Of a stretch of DNA of 64,000 nucleotides, positions 61,071 to 64,000 are shown piece by piece. The DNA lies in contig OX597819.1 of assembly GCA_951406725.2 (NCBI GenBank), forward strand, positions 9,858,001 to 9,922,000, written 5' to 3'. The first letter of the stretch is position 1. Each line of letters opens with the position of its first letter. The stretch comes from Octopus vulgaris (lineage: Eukaryota). Under the pieces are notes generated by a model that saw only the letters and a list, made by a program, of their open reading frames with translations, did not search any database and was not told the origin of the DNA. The translations under genes were made by a program, and so were the position numbers.

Positions 61071-61956
61071 GCTTCTCGCTCCCTCCCTTCTCCCAGGGTA
61101 ACCAAATATCTCCTTGGGATAAGACAATTATTTGTCCCTCTACTCTAACCTCTCACCTAGCACACAACCACTTTACTCTGTTCCACTCCCTCTCTCAACT
61201 AAGAGGTCTTTGTTTTGCAAGCTAATTGGCAACCCCACTGGTGTTGGTGCCATGTAAAAAGCACCTGTGCTGGTGCCACATAAAAAGCACCTGTGCCAAT
61301 GCTATGTAAAAAGCTCTGTACAGTAGTACATCACATTAGAGGATGCAGAGGGGCTGGCACGGAACCACCAGGGATGGAGAGCACTGGTGAACCTGGTTGA
61401 CTTTTTGCATGATGACACCTCTGGGATCACTAACTTGGAATGACTCCAGCCCTATCAAGCAAGAGCATGAAGCTAAGAAGCCAAGCCTTCTTGTGTCTCC
61501 CTCTTCCACAAGTTCCATCTACATTTAGCAATCGGCACTTCTCGTTTGTAAGCATCACGTTGGCATACCAGTGAAATCATCTTCTTGCAGATTACATCTG
61601 ATTCCTCTTATGTCCAGTTTTTCTCCCAAGATTTGTGCTTTGTACATGCACACTGACATTGCACATCCAACGGAGTATACAAGCTTCATTCCTCTCTAGT
61701 CTTAGCATATCTTCTGCACATGGAGCCCCTCTCACAACCATGAAGCATTGCTGTTCATACATAAGCATTCATACAATCTGCCTTTCACTCTGAAAGGAAA
61801 CCCTTTTGTTACCAACAGAAAGTGATAGCTCTCTGAGCTTTCTCCATCCTATGCTAGCAAATATACTTTCAGAAGATCCCCCTACGCCACTCAGGCACAG
61901 AAACTATCTTCTACTTTTAGAGCATTTGAGAAAATTTGTTTCCCTTGTGTTCTTAG

Positions 61957-62367
61957 TCTTTTACTCTTTTACTTGTTTCAGTCATTTGACTGCGGCCATG
62001 CTGGAGCACCGCCTTCAATCGAGCAACTCGACCCCGGGACTTATTCTTTTGTAAGCCCAGTACTTATTCTATCGGTCTCTTTTGCCGAACCGCTAAGTAA
62101 CGGGGACATAAACACACCAGCATCGGTTGTCAAGCAATGCTAGGGGAACAAACACAGACACACAAACACACACACGCATACATATATATATATATACATA
62201 TATACGACGGGCTTCTTCCAGTTTCCGTCTACCAAATCCACTCACAAGGCTTTGGTTGGCCCGAGGCTATAGTAGAAGACACTTACCTAAGGTGCCACGC
62301 AGTGGGACTGAACCCGGAACCATGTGATTGGTAAGCAAGCTACTTACCACACAGCCACTCCTGCGCC
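61957..62367 (-). mobile_element. SINE family B copy nested in an RTE fossil
   Basis: Full-length match to family B. Confidence 0.85.
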
Positions 62368-62587
62368 TTAGTGTTTATTGTTCCTGCACATCGGCCACAG
62401 ACAAAGCCTGCTTTCTCAGTTAATCTCCCTATGTTCCAATAAGTTGCATTGAGCATACCATATGGAATTTCTACCTACACCTTTTCTACATGTTCCTACA
62501 TATCAAGCAGAGCCATTTTCTTACTAACTAGAATGTTGGTCTTTACTAAGTTAGTTTTAAGGTCCTTTGATTCCAGGTTTTGCCTCC

Positions 62588-62850
62588 TCATCATCATCAT
62601 CATTTAACGTCTGTTTTCCATGCTAGCATGGGTTGGACGGTTCTACCGGGGTCTGGTAAGCGATGGAGGTTGCACCAGCCTCCAGTCTGATTTGGCAGTG
62701 TTTCTACAGCTGGATGCCCTTCCTAATGCCAACCACTCCATGAGTGTAGTGGGTGTTTTTTACGTGCCACCAGCACAGGAGCCAGCGCAAGCTGGCAAAC
62801 GGCCATGATCGGTTGGTGCTTTTACGTATCACCGACACAGATGCCAGTAA
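62588..62850 (-). mobile_element. Family D copy
   Basis: Same core and tail. Confidence 0.8.
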
Positions 62851-64000
62851 CTGCTAGGCATGGACTGCGAAGGCTGAAGTTTGCTGCAATAATATTTGCT
62901 TCAAGAATTATCAGAGAACATCAATTACAACTAACACACAAAATATAAAAATACTAGGAAATGTTTTTTCCTAATTCTAATGCAAATTCTGCTACACAAA
63001 TGAGGTCATCAGCATAGAGTGGTTCCTAAGGGTGGCCAGTCTTAAATTCCTCTGTTGTAACCTAGAGAACTATGATAAATCGAAGGTAACTGGTAACTAA
63101 ACATTACTGAATGTCTATCTGTACACCAAATTCATTGCTGTACTTGTTGCTAGTTCTCACCTTGCTAACAACACTCCTGTACTTGACTTGTACGACTATC
63201 ACAAGCCATGTGTCTACCCCTGGCATCCTCAGCAACCACCAGATCACAAAGTGAGGAACCCTTCAAAGGCTTTCTCCAGGTTAGAGAATACCAAGTACAA
63301 TGACTTACTTTTAGCTAAATCTTATAAGGAAGAAGACACCAGTAGTACTTCTCCTTGGCACAAAACTGAACTGTATCCCATCTGTCCTAATTCTCTTCAT
63401 AATTAATTGGACTATAACTTTCTGCAATAATCTAGTTCAGTAATTTGACACTTCTGTAATTATCTGTCTAAAACATCTCCTTTGACCTTGTAACAGTCGA
63501 CTGCAATATTGCTTCACTGGCTGTAAAACTCAATTAACTAGATATATGGCCGACTGGGCTATAAACTACCCTGCTAGATATTAGAAGCATCTTGGCAATG
63601 ATTCATGATGGCCCAGGGGCATTCCTTGCCTTCATGTCTTTGATTGCTTTATCTTTCATACTGTTGTTGACTAGGATGGCTGGTTCTTCTGTTGGGTCCA
63701 TGTTAAGAAAACCCCTCTTCTATGCATTCTCCATATTTAATAACTTTTTATTGGAGCACTTCAACGCATCTTTCTTTTCAACATCAGTAAGTGTACCATT
63801 ATGTACCTGCTCACACTTATCACTGACAACAAAAGAGACAGAAGATATTAGAAACTTCATATAAAATACTAGTTACTTAAAGATGTGTATTAACAGACCA
63901 TTCAGTTTGTTAGCTTTTTTTAACTTAACATGATCAGAGATTTATCCCAGGGTATATCATATGTATTCTAGTAATGGGTAAATCTGCACTTTATGTAAAC

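Larger units (their letters stand above)
61400..63850 (-). pseudogene. Long degraded RTE ORF2 (RT domain to C-terminus) carrying younger insertions
   Basis: Minus strand motifs in the correct order: 'AIKDMKARNAPGPS' (about 63.6 kb), 'LYADDLI' (about 63.01 kb), 'VDGTCGRGRHKKAW' (about 61.5 kb). Confidence 0.7.

Overview
AT-rich, repeat-dense eukaryotic genomic DNA. The SINE, LINE, Helitron and MITE repertoire and the (AT)n/(AC)n tracts suggest an Octopus (coleoid cephalopod) genome; this is inferred, not database-checked. One confident protein-coding gene is present: GTF3C1 (TFIIIC B-box-binding subunit, 2025 aa, minus strand 22113-28190). Its whole CDS lies in a single 6.1-kb exon with a splice acceptor 9 nt upstream of the ATG. 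Candidate non-coding 5' exons lie at about 33.8, 49.3 and 55.0 kb, with a possible divergent promoter near 55.1-55.5 kb. Most of the rest is mobile DNA: three tRNA-type SINE families, truncated RTE, CR1/L2 and Tx1-like LINEs, about 10 non-autonomous Helitrons, piggyBac-, hAT- and Mutator-like MITEs, mariner/Tc1/Tigger fossils, a Gypsy 3' LTR and microsatellites. The most notable observations are (i) a SINE family whose target-site duplications start with GGTA and whose tail matches a Tx1-like LINE, (ii) a covarying hairpin/pseudoknot module in two RTE-related repeats at the position where twister ribozymes occur in other RTEs, (iii) a 45-nt mini-retroelement with a fixed 5' end and a covarying stem-loop, (iv) a twin-priming-type inverted RTE, and (v) a foldback element wrapping telomeric repeats. 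Coordinates of degraded repeats are approximate, read by eye.
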